From an uncultured Gammaproteobacteria bacterium (GTDB taxonomy: Bacteria > Patescibacteriota > Microgenomatia > Levybacterales > UBA12049), in the NCBI GenBank assembly GCA_964564035.1, contig CAZLZN010000003.1:13995-77994 (forward strand): a stretch of DNA of 64,000 nt, given 5' to 3'. Position 1 is the first letter of the stretch. The number at the start of each line of letters is the position of its first letter. Under the pieces are notes generated by a model that saw only the letters and a list, made by a program, of their open reading frames with translations, was not told the origin of the DNA and did not search any database. Positions 15,998 to 27,800 of the stretch are shown here, piece after piece. The position numbers were made by a program, and so were the translations under genes.

Positions 15998-18403
15998 TCA
16001 GTCTAATGTGTAACTTATACTGCCGGTTCCGTCTACAACAAAACTCACAGTTTTGCCTCGAATAATTTCCGAATTCAGCTTTCCGCGAGCCAGCAAATCT
16101 TCTATATTTGACTGTATATACCTGCGAAGCGGCCTCGCCCCGAACTGCGCATCATAACCGTCTGTAGCGATCTTATTTACCACCGCTTCATCAAACCTCA
16201 CATGAATATCCTGTTTTGCCATCTCGCTTATTAGATTTTTAAGCATCAGATCAATTACAAGCTTTATTTCGGCGGCTCCGAGCGGTTTGAAAACAATAAT
16301 ATCATCAAATCTATTCATCAGCTCCGGCTTGAATATCCTGTTTTCTTGTAAATGGGCAAGAAGCCTCGCCTTAAATTTCTTATCCACAGAACCGCCCTTC
16401 TCGATTTCTTCGCGGATAAATTCCGATCCGGCATTTGATGTAGCAATTATCAGCGCATTTCTAAACGAAACAGCCTCACCCTTATTATCGGTCAGCCTGC
16501 CGTCATCAAGAACTTGAAGAAACAAATCATGTACCTTCGGATGCGCTTTTTCAAACTCATCAAGCAGTACGAGCGATGAAGGGTTTTCGCGGATTTTATC
16601 TGTAATCTCACCGCGCTCATCACCCTTACCGGGAGGTGCCCCCAGCAACCTCAATAACCCCACCTCATCATTGTATTCACTCATATCATATCTGAGCATC
16701 TTACTTTCTCCTCCATAATAAAGATCACAAAGCGCTCTGGCAGTCTCGGTTTTGCCGACACCGGTCGGCCCCAAAAACAAGAACGAAACCGGTTTGGAAG
16801 ACATGGATATTCCCGACCTGACACGCCTCAAAGCTTCGGCAAGAGACACTACTGCGTCATGCTGGGCAATTACCCTCTCATGCAATTTGCCTTCTAGGTG
16901 AAGCAGTAATTCAATCTCTTTCTTATCCGGCATGGAAATAACCACATGGGCTATTTCCTCGACATATTTTACAATATGCTCAGCCTTTACCAGCTTATGC
17001 TTGGTGCCTTCAAAAAATGGCTCATTTGAGAGGGCTACTTTATTTGAAACACTCATCAAAAGCGAAACCGCGCTTCCCGGAAGCGACAAGTCATGAATAT
17101 ACTTCTCGGCAAGCTCGACCGCGCTTACTATTGCCCTGTAACTGATAATTACCTTGTTTTTCCGCTCAATTTCTCTAACTTTATCCATTACCATCTTAAT
17201 TGCTGTATTTAAGTCGGTTTCTGTCATTTCAACCAAAGTAAACACTTCCTTGATCGGATTACGCTCTAAAAACATTTTATAACTGCCTTTGGATATGGTC
17301 GCTATTATTGGAAGCTTACCCGATTGAAGATGAGGTATTAAAGCACCGGATATATCCATGCCGTAAGAAGATGCACCCATCAGGTTTTGAAATTCAGGTA
17401 TATAAAGTATTACATTCCCCGAATGCGATACCTCTTCAATAATTGTTAAAAGTCTCGACTCAAGCTCATTTCTGCTAATTGCTCCCGCCATAAATGCCCC
17501 GGGCATCAGCTCCAATACCTCTCGGCCGTTAAGGACGGGTCCTATATTATCCGAAAAACTGTGCCACGCGAAGGCCTTGACCAGATTTTCCCGCCCGCTG
17601 CCGGGATTGCCGACAATCAGAACATTATTGTTCTCGGCTCTAATCAAACCCTCAAGAAGGGTTTTAAATTCTTTTTCACGTCCAGTAACTAACCCTTTAT
17701 TCTGCAAAGCAACATTCGTGTAATTTCTGGTATATTTTTTTGTCTCAGGCGTCCATCCCGTTATAAGAAACTCTCCGACGCCGCCTCCACTAATATGAAA
17801 ACGTATCTTCTGGGGATTTTCTTCGCTGTCAAACTCCCCCCGGATTTTAGGCACCAAATTCGCCAAATCTTCAAATTTTAACTGCTTAGCAAACATCAAT
17901 TTGGTATCATTTTCGGACAACATCAAAATGGCGACAAACAAATCCAGCACTGTAACAAATTTCCCATGAAAAGTTTTTGCCACTTCAAGACAGCTTGCAT
18001 AAACTGCGTCGCTTGGCAGATCAATATTTTTAAAATCATCTTTGGTCATTGCTGTCTTATTCATAAAATATTTAATTTGCGGATATTTAAATAGCTTTAA
18101 TAAAATTTCCCGAGTGTTTATCGAACTAAAACATATCATCAGTGCTTCCAGAGAAAAAGACTCAAATGGATCTTTTCCGCTGTTTTTATCTACGGTAATT
18201 TTGGGCACGGATTTACAGATCTTGAATCTAAAAAATATCTCAAAAATAATAAATAAATTGACCAAAAAAATCTCGATCCTGGGTATATTCCCGCTCTCTG
18301 CTTGATAAACAATAAGCAAAAATAATACACAAAACAAAACCAGTCGCATCAGCCTGACCAATGGCCGCCGAAAATTTAAACAAAGCTTAGCAAATAATTT
18401 CAT
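15998..18403 (-). CDS. Membrane-anchored Hsp100/Clp-family double-AAA+ protein with degenerate first nucleotide-binding domain
   Basis: 801 aa with two N-terminal TM helices and a Clp_N-like region. D1 Walker A reads GNPGSGRE (nt 17588-17611; K to R, T to E) and D1 Walker B reads ILYIPEF (D to P). D2 is intact ([20 protein letters not shown], sensor GARPLRR). I saw no I/L-G-F/L ClpP loop. Confidence 0.8.
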   Translation of the reverse strand: MKLFAKLCLNFRRPLVRLMRLVLFCVLFLLIVYQAESGNIPRIEIFLVNLFIIFEIFFRFKICKSVPKITVDKNSGKDPFESFSLEALMICFSSINTREILLKLFKYPQIKYFMNKTAMTKDDFKNIDLPSDAVYASCLEVAKTFHGKFVTVLDLFVAILMLSENDTKLMFAKQLKFEDLANLVPKIRGEFDSEENPQKIRFHISGGGVGEFLITGWTPETKKYTRNYTNVALQNKGLVTGREKEFKTLLEGLIRAENNNVLIVGNPGSGRENLVKAFAWHSFSDNIGPVLNGREVLELMPGAFMAGAISRNELESRLLTIIEEVSHSGNVILYIPEFQNLMGASSYGMDISGALIPHLQSGKLPIIATISKGSYKMFLERNPIKEVFTLVEMTETDLNTAIKMVMDKVREIERKNKVIISYRAIVSAVELAEKYIHDLSLPGSAVSLLMSVSNKVALSNEPFFEGTKHKLVKAEHIVKYVEEIAHVVISMPDKKEIELLLHLEGKLHERVIAQHDAVVSLAEALRRVRSGISMSSKPVSFLFLGPTGVGKTETARALCDLYYGGESKMLRYDMSEYNDEVGLLRLLGAPPGKGDERGEITDKIRENPSSLVLLDEFEKAHPKVHDLFLQVLDDGRLTDNKGEAVSFRNALIIATSNAGSEFIREEIEKGGSVDKKFKARLLAHLQENRIFKPELMNRFDDIIVFKPLGAAEIKLVIDLMLKNLISEMAKQDIHVRFDEAVVNKIATDGYDAQFGARPLRRYIQSNIEDLLARGKLNSEIIRGKTVSFVVDGTGSISYTLD

Positions 18404-18405
18404 AG

Positions 18406-18723
18406 TTATATAAATAAAAATATTACGGTCAATACAGGATAAAAAACAAAAAACACCAGCACAGCCGCCTCAACAGTAAGTATTAAAGAAAAAATAACTG
18501 TATCCACTGTTAAAATACAAATTTTCGTCAAAATTCCGATAGCTCTCGAAAAACCGACCAACCCGGACCTGTATTCATTTTTGAGCGGTTTAAAAAAAGT
18601 CACTAAACTCAGCCTGTATGCAAATAATTCGACAAAATATCCGTTAAAGGACCTGAATACGGCAAGCATTTCAGCCGGAGCTTCATAAAACCAAAATTTT
18701 AAAAATTCCCAGATCAATTTCAT
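18406..18723 (-). CDS. Small membrane protein (2-3 TM), unknown function
   Basis: 105 aa and hydrophobic. Its stop is 2 nt from the start of the downstream Clp-like gene, so the two are probably translationally coupled. Confidence 0.5.
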   Translation of the reverse strand: MKLIWEFLKFWFYEAPAEMLAVFRSFNGYFVELFAYRLSLVTFFKPLKNEYRSGLVGFSRAIGILTKICILTVDTVIFSLILTVEAAVLVFFVFYPVLTVIFLFI

Positions 18724-18785
18724 GAGTTTTATCAGTTATTAGTATAAGTATAAAAATTACGAGACCAAATTACAACGCGGCGGCA

Positions 18786-20543
18786 TCAGGATTTAAACAG
18801 ATTCTGAAAAAACAGCAAAATCACCGCAATCATTTTCATAATCAGTTCTATAAGGGACGACATAATGTCTTTCCCGCCGGAACTACTATCTCCGCCTGTT
18901 GGCGTCTTTGAGATGCTTCGCGACACATTCGGAGTAACAGTTGATTGCGTGCCGCCGCCCTGCGTGGGTACAACTGCGGGCGTCGATGTAGCAGTTGTAT
19001 TAATTACGGGAGTAGCACTCGGCACGGCCGTTGGAGTCTTGGATATACATTCCTGCGCGCCAAGACAATAAATTGTAGGAGTTACATAATACGAAGTCGG
19101 ATTTTGAATAATAGTTGGTGACAGCGTCGGGGAAACAGTATTCGTAGGCACAACTGTCGCGGAAGCAGTAGGGCTAACGCCTGTGCCCGCGCCCAAAGCT
19201 CCGGCAGCATTGACTCTGCCGTATGCCCAATACTGACCAGTACCCTGAATTTTATCGGCAGTATCCGTGATCCTTTTAACCACCTCGCTTGCCGAACTGC
19301 CGTATTGACTCGCCCAAATCAGACCCGCAACACCTGCAGTAACAGGTGTAGCCATTGAAGTACCGTCCAGATACCCGTAAGTTGTCTGTTGATTCTTTTG
19401 CTGCTGCAGCGTAGATGTTGTTCTCGGAAAAGTCGATAGAATCTTACTGCCCGGCGCCGCTATATCAACCCACGTGCCGTAATTCGAAAAAGAAGATTTT
19501 TGGTCTTTATTATCTGTTGAGGAAACACAAAGCACATTTGTGTTCGCGCAGGGATACATTTGCTGAGTATTCCCATTGTTTCCGGATGACGACACAACTA
19601 CTATCCCCTTATTCCACGCGTAATTTATCGCGTCCTGTTTAGCTGTAGAATTAGTACTTGATCCGAAGCTTATATTTACTACTTTTATATTTTGATCGGC
19701 AGCCCACAGCAATGCCTCGATCCACACAGAATCCGGACCCTTTCCGCTATCATCAAGGGCTTTGGCAATTACCAGCTGGCAATCTGGACAAACTCCCGCG
19801 ACCCCCTGGGAATTATTTGTAACTGCACCTATTATTCCTGCCACATGCGTACCATGACCATATACATCATTCATACTGGTTCCGTTAAAAATCTTTTTAA
19901 CAGCTATTTTTGATGCCAGATCAGGATGCCCCTCATCAATACCGGTATCTATGATCGCAACTCTTATGCCTTGCCCTCTTGATACATCCCACGCCAAATC
20001 GGCATTTATATCCGCGTTAGCCGTTCCCGTTCTTCCTTCAACCGTTTGCCCCGTATTAATTAATGCCCACTGCATACCGATTGAAGTATCATTCGGTACG
20101 AAATTGATCTCATTGATATAATCACGCTCCGCAGACTCAACAAGATCATCTCTAAGCAGCTCTTGCAATACCGCTTCTCCCCGCCCATCGGGAACTTTTA
20201 TAACTAGCCTGCTAATCGCATCCAGTCTTTTTACAACCTCAGCTTCATATTTTTTAAGTATTCCCTGAATTTGCTCGTCGGTTGCATTATCTTTATATCT
20301 GACTATTAACTGATCCTCAACATATCTAAGGTCACTTAACGAAACAGTAGGACTCGGAACCCTGGTAGGCGCAGGCAAAATAACTGTATCTTGCTGATCT
20401 TCTCGGCCTAATAATATGTACCCGGCCGCCAAAACAAAAATTAAAAAAAGTAGTATAAAAAAAGTTATCTTCTTGCGTCCGAATCCTTGCTTAGATTGAA
20501 TTTTTTCCGGATCCTTTTGTGGTGGAAAAATTTCGTCTTGCAT
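18786..20543 (-). CDS. Subtilisin-like serine protease (peptidase S8) with N-terminal TM, inhibitor-I9-like propeptide and T/P-rich C-terminal tail
   Basis: Catalytic triad contexts VAIIDTGID, HGTHVAGII and GTSMATP. The N-terminal anchor is ITFFILLFLIFVLAAGYILL. The C-terminal 94 aa contain CLGAQEC, a PT-rich stretch, GGKD and a terminal helix. Confidence 0.85.
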   Translation of the reverse strand: MQDEIFPPQKDPEKIQSKQGFGRKKITFFILLFLIFVLAAGYILLGREDQQDTVILPAPTRVPSPTVSLSDLRYVEDQLIVRYKDNATDEQIQGILKKYEAEVVKRLDAISRLVIKVPDGRGEAVLQELLRDDLVESAERDYINEINFVPNDTSIGMQWALINTGQTVEGRTGTANADINADLAWDVSRGQGIRVAIIDTGIDEGHPDLASKIAVKKIFNGTSMNDVYGHGTHVAGIIGAVTNNSQGVAGVCPDCQLVIAKALDDSGKGPDSVWIEALLWAADQNIKVVNISFGSSTNSTAKQDAINYAWNKGIVVVSSSGNNGNTQQMYPCANTNVLCVSSTDNKDQKSSFSNYGTWVDIAAPGSKILSTFPRTTSTLQQQKNQQTTYGYLDGTSMATPVTAGVAGLIWASQYGSSASEVVKRITDTADKIQGTGQYWAYGRVNAAGALGAGTGVSPTASATVVPTNTVSPTLSPTIIQNPTSYYVTPTIYCLGAQECISKTPTAVPSATPVINTTATSTPAVVPTQGGGTQSTVTPNVSRSISKTPTGGDSSSGGKDIMSSLIELIMKMIAVILLFFQNLFKS

Positions 20544-20560
20544 AATTAGATCTGCAAATT

Positions 20561-23500
20561 CTATTGCGGCTTATTATCGGGCGTCACTAATACCGGATCA
20601 CCGGCAAAACCCGGCTGACTGTTTAACAGAGGATTTTGAATTTGCGGATTAGCAAATTGCGCCTGGTCTGCAGGCAAAGGATTGGTCTGAGACGGCATAC
20701 TTTGCTGATTTGGCATCACGTTAACTGCGCCTGCCGGTGCCGGCATCACAGACGCCGGATCTACAGACGGCATAGGGGACACCGGTGCCTGCTGTGCCGT
20801 ACCGAACGGGAAATTTTGCGCAGGATCCGCTGGATTTATACCGGGCTGAGCAAGTTGATCAATTACAGCATCCTGCGCTTGGACATCCGGTCCGGTGGTC
20901 GGTTGCTGAGCATTTACCATGCCTTGCGCCTGAACTTCAGGTTGGGCTTTGCTTATTGAACCAACCACTGCTCCGGTTGACGCTTCTATCGCGTCTATTA
21001 TGAGAGATGCTATCTCGTCATTTTGCTGTTTCGCCTGGAATAATTGCTCTGATAATGCTTTTATATCCTCAGGAGTTGAAGCATCATTTACGCTCAAAAC
21101 GGACGATGCTACCTTATTGCCTTTTTGAGCCGCATCGTCAACTTTGGTATGTATTGATGTAAACAACTCCTTTTCTTCCGGTGTTTTACAAACTAGCGGA
21201 TTTACTATATACAATAGCGGTGTTTTTATCTGGATCACATCATTTTGCGCGACAGCATCCTGTATAACTGCCAATATTTCGGCTGCCAGCGGATCCCCCT
21301 GCTTCCGAGCGTCCTCAAGCTGCATCTGCAGTTGAGCAATATCCTCATCAGACGTTATATCTGTGATTGACATAATCCGCTCGGCAAGCGGATGATTTTG
21401 TCGTCCTGCTTCATTAATTTTGTCATGGATGTCCGAAAACTTTTTCTTATTCTCCGGCTCTGCCAGATACAGCGGATTACCGATCTGCCTCATGAATTTC
21501 TTGAATTTGGTAGCCGGCTGCGCTTCTGTTTGTTTTTGAGCCTCCTGCGTAATCTCATTATTTATAAATGACAGTATTTCAGTCGCGAATTCGTTCTCGT
21601 TTAGCTTGCCTTTATTCAACTCATCAAAAATACTGCCGACTTCATCAATTGTAGACTCCTGTTTAACACTCAGTATTGATGCCGCAAGCTTATTATTATT
21701 CTGGCTTTCGACAACTATCCTGTCATGAAGCTCTTTATAACTGCTGCGTTTCAGCGCAGACGTAACAAGCTCGGGGTTAACAAGCTGTATGAGAATTTTT
21801 TTCTGTTTTTCAAGCGCCTTCAATTGCTGTACTACACCGGCCGCTATATCAAGTATTTCTCCGGCAAGAGCGTCACCGTCCGTTTTCGCTTTTATTAATT
21901 TCTCGCGAATATCGCCCGCTTCTTTATCGGTCGTCCCGCTATTAACAGCCAAAATCACGGTATAAACCGGGTTCAGGCCATTGCTGGCTGTGACCACTTT
22001 CTCATGCAGTTTACCGAATATTTCTTTGTCATAATCGGACTTGATACTTACCGGATCGGCAATTTTTTGCAAAATCACTTTAAATTCCGCATCGCTTAGA
22101 TCTGCCGAATCGGCTTTCTGGCCGCCTTTGCTGAATATAAACTCATTAACATCCTCGTTGTAGTCTATAACTATTGTATCTCCGACTGAAAATTTCTTTG
22201 CAATGATCGCAAGCGCTATCGGATTTTCAACAGCCGTCTGAATAAGTCTGCGCAAAGGCCTCGCCCCGTACACCGGATCATACCCGTCCTTGGCAAGCTT
22301 GGCGACAGCCTTTTCGGTTATCTGCATCATATAACCCTGCTCTTTCAAAAGTTTGGCAATTTTCGCCATTTCCAGCCTCACTATTCCCGCCATATGCTCC
22401 GGGCGCAAAGGCTTGAAAATCACAACCTCATCAAAACGGTTAAGCACCTCGGGACGCAGGAATTTTATAAGCTCTTCTTTTACTATTTTCTGAAGTTCGC
22501 CGAACTGCTTTGTCGCCTGTTCCCCTGTAAGTTTTACATTTTTATCTTGTTTGCTCAAATATTGCTGAATCATCGCGCTTCCGATGTTTGACGTACAGAT
22601 CACTATAGTATTTTTAAATGAAATTACATTGCCTTTGTTATCGGTCAAACGTCCGTCTTCGAGAAGCTGAAGCAGTACATTAAACACATCAGGATGCGCT
22701 TTTTCAATTTCGTCCATAAGCACTATTGAATAAGGTTTTTTCCTGACAGCCTCTGTTAAAACTCCGCCCTCCTCATAGCCTACATAACCGGGAGGCGCAC
22801 CTATAAGCTTCGCCACTTCATGTTTCTCCATGAATTCCGACATATCCAAACGCGCCATCGCGTCATCGCGCCCGAATAAAAGCTCAGCCAAAGTTTTTGC
22901 GAGCTCTGTTTTACCAACGCCCGTCGGGCCCAAAAATATAAACGAAGCAGTTGGTCTTTGTCCTGATGCGAGACCAATTCTTCCTCTTCTGACAGCCTCG
23001 GATACAGCAACAACTGCCTCTTCCTGATCAATAAGTCTTTGATGGATTCTGTCTTCAAGCTTAAGCAGCTTTTCACTTTCATCTTCAGTAAGCTTGGTTA
23101 TAGGAATTCCGGTCCACGCACTTACAACTTTCTCAATATCACTCTTTTTGACCTCGGAATCCCCTCTTTTTCCGCCGTCTACTTGTAATTTGACCTCCGA
23201 ACAGCCTTCGTCCAATAGGTCTACAGCCTTATCTGGCAGATATCTTTCGCCTATATATTTTTTCGCGAGTTTTATGGATTGCTTTAATGCATCATCAGGT
23301 ATTTTGACCTTGTGGAATTTTTCATATTTCGGGCGCAAGACCTTCATCATCTCAAGCGCGTTCTCATCGCTTGGCTCCTCCGCTGTTACGGGTTGAAATC
23401 TGCGCTCAAATGCCTTGTCTTTTTCAAAATGCTTCCTGTATTCGGTGGTTGTGGTAGCTCCTATAATTTGTAACTGACCGCGCGCCAAATAAGGCTTGAT

Positions 23501-24745
23501 AATATTCGCAGCGTTCATACCCTCGCTCTCGCCCGCCCCCATTAGTGAGTGTATCTCGTCTATGAACAGAATAATCGTTCCGTTCGAGCCTAATACTTCA
23601 GAGACAACAGCCTTAAGTCTTTCTTCAAATTCACCTCTATGACTTGCTCCTGCAACCAGACTTGCTACATCAAGCTGAAACAATCTTTTATTCAAAAGGT
23701 CTTTCGGCACGCCGTTTGCTACAATTTTCTGCGCAAGACCTTCAACAATTGCTGTTTTGCCGACTCCGGTTTCACCGATAATAATGGGGTTATTTTTGGT
23801 TCTGCGAAGAAGTATATGCACTATCCTGTCAACCTCTTTTTCTCTCCCTGCAACGGGATCCAGTTTCCCTTCTCTGGCTTCCTGCGTCAAATCAATTGCA
23901 TACTTCTCAAGAGTAGATTTTCTCCCAAAACCCCCCGTAGAAGATTTTGACAGCTTTTCTACAACTACATCTTTTTTTAATCCCTGAGCCTTAAGCATTG
24001 GCTCCGTATTATAATTTGGGGTAAACAAAACAATTAATATATCCTCAGGCGCAATAAAAGCAGAACCCCTCATCTTTGCGTCTCTGTATGCCTGTTCAAA
24101 AACCTGCTGGGATACCTGGCTCAATACCGGCTGACCCTGATAAGAGCCCATTCTTTCTTTAGCCTGAATCTCTTTTGAAAGCTTGCCTACATCAACAGAA
24201 AATTCCCCTAGTAGCTTACTGACCTGTTCGTCATAAAGAAGCCCCAAAAGAAGCTGTTCAGGCTCTATATACTGCTGATGTATTCTTCTTGCTTCTTCTT
24301 GTGAATGATTAAGAACCAGGCTTGCTCTGGGATCCAAATGCGCTAGCGGTGACATATCCACTTTGGCACCGGCTTGCACTTGCACAGCAGCCTGCTGACC
24401 CTTGGGTAAACCGGCACCCGGATGCTGCTGATCCGTAGTCTGAGCGTTTATGCTTACCTGACTTGAACCGTCTCCCGCCTGCACTCCGGCGCTTTGTACT
24501 GCTGTATTCGGATTTGCGCCTGTCGCCGCCGGTACCGGCTGTGTTGTTTGTGAATAACTGGCACCTGCACTTGTGACGCCTGACTGATTTTGCGAAACGC
24601 CTACTTGTGCGCTTTGAATATTATTTGGATCACTTTGTGCACCCTGGCCGGACACTGGACCGGATTGTGTCTGTACCGCAACCTCGGTAGTTTGAGTATC
24701 TTGTGTGCCGTCTTCTTTTTTTTGATTAAATAATTTCCCGAACAT
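20561..24745 (-). CDS. Hsp100/Clp-family double-AAA+ ATPase (ClpA/B/C-like) with disordered N-terminus and ~520-aa repeat-bearing C-terminal extension
   Basis: 1394 aa. A Q/S/G-rich N-terminal ~125 aa is followed by Clp_N repeats. D1 has GETGVGKTA and LFIDEIH, and D2 has GPTGVGKTE and [11 protein letters not shown]. There is almost no M-domain and I saw no ClpP tripeptide loop. The extension (nt ~20564-22126) holds 4 'IANP-type' repeats and ends in a Q/P-rich tail. Confidence 0.85.
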   Translation of the reverse strand: MFGKLFNQKKEDGTQDTQTTEVAVQTQSGPVSGQGAQSDPNNIQSAQVGVSQNQSGVTSAGASYSQTTQPVPAATGANPNTAVQSAGVQAGDGSSQVSINAQTTDQQHPGAGLPKGQQAAVQVQAGAKVDMSPLAHLDPRASLVLNHSQEEARRIHQQYIEPEQLLLGLLYDEQVSKLLGEFSVDVGKLSKEIQAKERMGSYQGQPVLSQVSQQVFEQAYRDAKMRGSAFIAPEDILIVLFTPNYNTEPMLKAQGLKKDVVVEKLSKSSTGGFGRKSTLEKYAIDLTQEAREGKLDPVAGREKEVDRIVHILLRRTKNNPIIIGETGVGKTAIVEGLAQKIVANGVPKDLLNKRLFQLDVASLVAGASHRGEFEERLKAVVSEVLGSNGTIILFIDEIHSLMGAGESEGMNAANIIKPYLARGQLQIIGATTTTEYRKHFEKDKAFERRFQPVTAEEPSDENALEMMKVLRPKYEKFHKVKIPDDALKQSIKLAKKYIGERYLPDKAVDLLDEGCSEVKLQVDGGKRGDSEVKKSDIEKVVSAWTGIPITKLTEDESEKLLKLEDRIHQRLIDQEEAVVAVSEAVRRGRIGLASGQRPTASFIFLGPTGVGKTELAKTLAELLFGRDDAMARLDMSEFMEKHEVAKLIGAPPGYVGYEEGGVLTEAVRKKPYSIVLMDEIEKAHPDVFNVLLQLLEDGRLTDNKGNVISFKNTIVICTSNIGSAMIQQYLSKQDKNVKLTGEQATKQFGELQKIVKEELIKFLRPEVLNRFDEVVIFKPLRPEHMAGIVRLEMAKIAKLLKEQGYMMQITEKAVAKLAKDGYDPVYGARPLRRLIQTAVENPIALAIIAKKFSVGDTIVIDYNEDVNEFIFSKGGQKADSADLSDAEFKVILQKIADPVSIKSDYDKEIFGKLHEKVVTASNGLNPVYTVILAVNSGTTDKEAGDIREKLIKAKTDGDALAGEILDIAAGVVQQLKALEKQKKILIQLVNPELVTSALKRSSYKELHDRIVVESQNNNKLAASILSVKQESTIDEVGSIFDELNKGKLNENEFATEILSFINNEITQEAQKQTEAQPATKFKKFMRQIGNPLYLAEPENKKKFSDIHDKINEAGRQNHPLAERIMSITDITSDEDIAQLQMQLEDARKQGDPLAAEILAVIQDAVAQNDVIQIKTPLLYIVNPLVCKTPEEKELFTSIHTKVDDAAQKGNKVASSVLSVNDASTPEDIKALSEQLFQAKQQNDEIASLIIDAIEASTGAVVGSISKAQPEVQAQGMVNAQQPTTGPDVQAQDAVIDQLAQPGINPADPAQNFPFGTAQQAPVSPMPSVDPASVMPAPAGAVNVMPNQQSMPSQTNPLPADQAQFANPQIQNPLLNSQPGFAGDPVLVTPDNKPQ

Positions 24746-24808
24746 ATAATATCTGGCTCCTGTTTTAATTAAATACTATTTTAAATAAAACAGCAAGTAT
24801 TTACCACT

Positions 24809-27800
24809 TTAACTCTTTATTTCCTCTTCTTTTTCCAGGTTGTTTTCTTCTGTTGAATTTTTGACTTCAACATCAACTTTCTCTTCTTGAGCCTCACTAG
24901 TCTTGAGTTCAGACAGCACTGTATTTGCTGCTTTTAGTTTTATCCTTAGATAATTAACGATTTCAGAATATGAGAATCCGCCGAGTAAAAGGAAAGGCAG
25001 AATAGCTCCGACTTTTTGCATACCCTCATTTTTCCGCTCAACTTCATCGGAAAGCAGGAGGGCTATTGTGCCGCTTATATTCTCGATATCTTTCTCGATC
25101 CACTCTATTCTTCCCTTTTTGTCATCACTAAACCCGAAAGGCACAGGCAAAGTTCGATAATTTTCCTCCCACATCTTTTCAATCTCCGAATAATCCTTGT
25201 CTGACACGGACTGAAGTCTGTTGTCGGACGGAGCTACAGCCGGACTTACGCTGGACATAACAGATTTGGCCAGTTTGTCATCTTTTTTACTTGCGTCGTT
25301 TAGATCTTTCTTCAACTGCGCAATCTCTTTAGCTCCTGTTGTCGGTTTTACATCAAGAATTGATTGCGCAAGCTTATTGCCTGCCCTTGCTGATTCTGAA
25401 AGCTCACTATGAAGCTTGCTGAATCTTTCTTTACTAGCCTGAGAGACAATCGGGCTCGGGTTAGCTATTTGCTGAATAATTTTCTTGAAGTTATTGATCT
25501 CCGCTTTATTATTTATTGTATTTACAACATTTTGTGCAAAAGGAACCCCCTTATTAGCCTCATTAATTAATTCGTCATAAATGCTCTGTACGCCCAACAG
25601 GGAAATGTCTTCTTTTATAGCAAGTATTTTTTGCGCGGTTTCATTTTTATTTTGCTCGGTCTCCCTCTGTAAAATATCATGCAATTCTTTGTATTGCATT
25701 TTTTCGGATTCTGATACAAGTTCAAGTTTCACTATATTCATAAGCTCGCTCTTCACCAAAGCCATAGGAACTGCAGTCTGAGCTTTATCCGGTACGCTGT
25801 TTCGTGATGCAGACAATACGGATTCAGCGGTTGCGTTGCCCTTTTGTGTTTCTTCCTCAAGTTTTATTCTGAGCTTCTCAATGGACTGTTTTTCCGCAGG
25901 ATCGGCAGCTCTCCCCGGCTCCGCGATCTTCTCAAGCACTTGTCTCATTTTTTGGATTTCAGCTTTCTTGTTATTATCTTTGGACAGTGCTATAGACTCA
26001 TACCTCGCTATGTCTTTGAGGCTCGGCACCTTCAAATTGACCATTGCGAGTATCTCATTTGATACTTGAGGCGTAACAATAGTTGAAGTTGCGGCCTGAG
26101 GCACAGAGACTTCTACTGATGGGGCCTCAACTGAGACAGCCATAGCCTGCTGTGCCGACGCTTGTTTGGTTTCGACTGTAACTTTTGTTTCTTCCTCGGC
26201 TTTTAGAGATTCAAGAACTTCTTTTGCGGCCTCTTGTTTTGTTTGAAGATATGAAACAATTTCAGCTTGAGAGAATCCTCCGACTAACAGGAAGGGGAGT
26301 ATATTGGATACTTCCGAAAGACCTTGATTGACCTGCTCCTGATCTGCCGATGTGAGAAGGCCGATAAGGTTTCCGATCTTATCAACATCGTCTTTCATCC
26401 ATTCCGCTCGTGTCCCGGACATTCCCTCCGGCACTTCCATATTCTGATAGTTTTCTTTCCACATCTTTTTGACTTCGGCAAGTTCTTCCGGTGTAACTGT
26501 CTGGATACGGTTGGTTTGGGGAAGTGTAATAGGCTGCGGAACTTCTCCCATGACAGTAGACGCCACAGATTCTCCCTTTAACTGGGCTTCTTTCAATTTT
26601 TCACTGAGTTTCTGAATATCTGCTGTTGATGTTGATTTATTTACACTAAGTATCGACGTAGCAAGCTCATTGCCCTCCTGACTTGCTTTAGTTATTGAAT
26701 CATGCAGCTTGGTCAGCCTCTCACGGTCTGCCGTTGATGCAGCTGTTGCCGGATTCGCGATTTGAGCAAGTACCTGCCGTACTTTTTGGGATTGCACCGA
26801 TTTGTTGACTGTCGATATAACGGTGGTTGCCAATACATTACCCTGGACTTGCGCTTTCTCAAGCTGTTCTTTTATCTTTTTCAGCTCATCAACAGATGTG
26901 TTGTCATTAACTGAAAGTATCGTTGTAGCAAGTTCATTTTTCTTATCATGACTCTCAGACAGTAATGCCTCATGAAGCTTATTAAACGATTCTTTTTCCG
27001 ATTCGGACGTTACGGTCGCAGGATTCGCGATCTGAGTCAGTATATTTTTAATTTCACTTGCCTGAATCGACGCAAATGACACATGCGCCGCGGACGCGCC
27101 GGCAGCCGCCAGGACTATACTTGCTGTCGCATTTCCTTTCTGCCCCTCCTCAAGAAGCTTCTCCCGCAGTTTATCAAACTTAACGCGCTCTGTTGAAACA
27201 GCAACGCTTGCGGGATTAGCGATATTCTCAAGAGTTTCTTTGACTTTTTGCACTTCAACTGCCTTTGATTTATCTCTCGACAACGACATCGAATCAAATC
27301 TGGCAATATCCCTCATTCTCGGCACCTTCAAATTGACCATTGCGAGTATCTCATTTGATACTTGAGGCGTAACAATAGTTGAAGTTGCGGCCTGAGGCAC
27401 AGAGACTTCTACTGATGGGGCCTCAACTGAGACAGCCATAGCCTGCTGTGCCGACGCTTGTTTGGTTTCGACTGTAACTTTTGTTTCTTCCTCGGCTTTT
27501 AGAGATTCAAGAACTTCTTTTGCGGCCTCTTGTTTTGTTTGAAGATATGAAACAATTTCAGCTTGAGAGAATCCTCCGACTAACAGGAAGGGGAGTATAT
27601 TGGATACTTCCGAAAGACCTTGATTGACCTGCTCCTGATCTGCCGATGTGAGAAGGCCGATAAGGTTTCCGATCTTATCAACATCGTCTTTCATCCATTC
27701 CGCTCGTGTCCCGGACATTCCCTCCGGCACTTCCATATTCTGATAGTTTTCTTTCCACATCTTTTTGACTTCGGCAAGTTCTTCCGGTGTAACTGTCTGG

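Noticed and set aside
15900-15998. Inverted atccccc...gggggat and direct ccgcaa(a/g)(g/t)(c/t)ttata repeats upstream of nusA as a terminator or riboswitch
   Set aside because: The stem is only 7 bp with a ~30-nt loop and has no T-run. I saw no recognisable riboswitch core.
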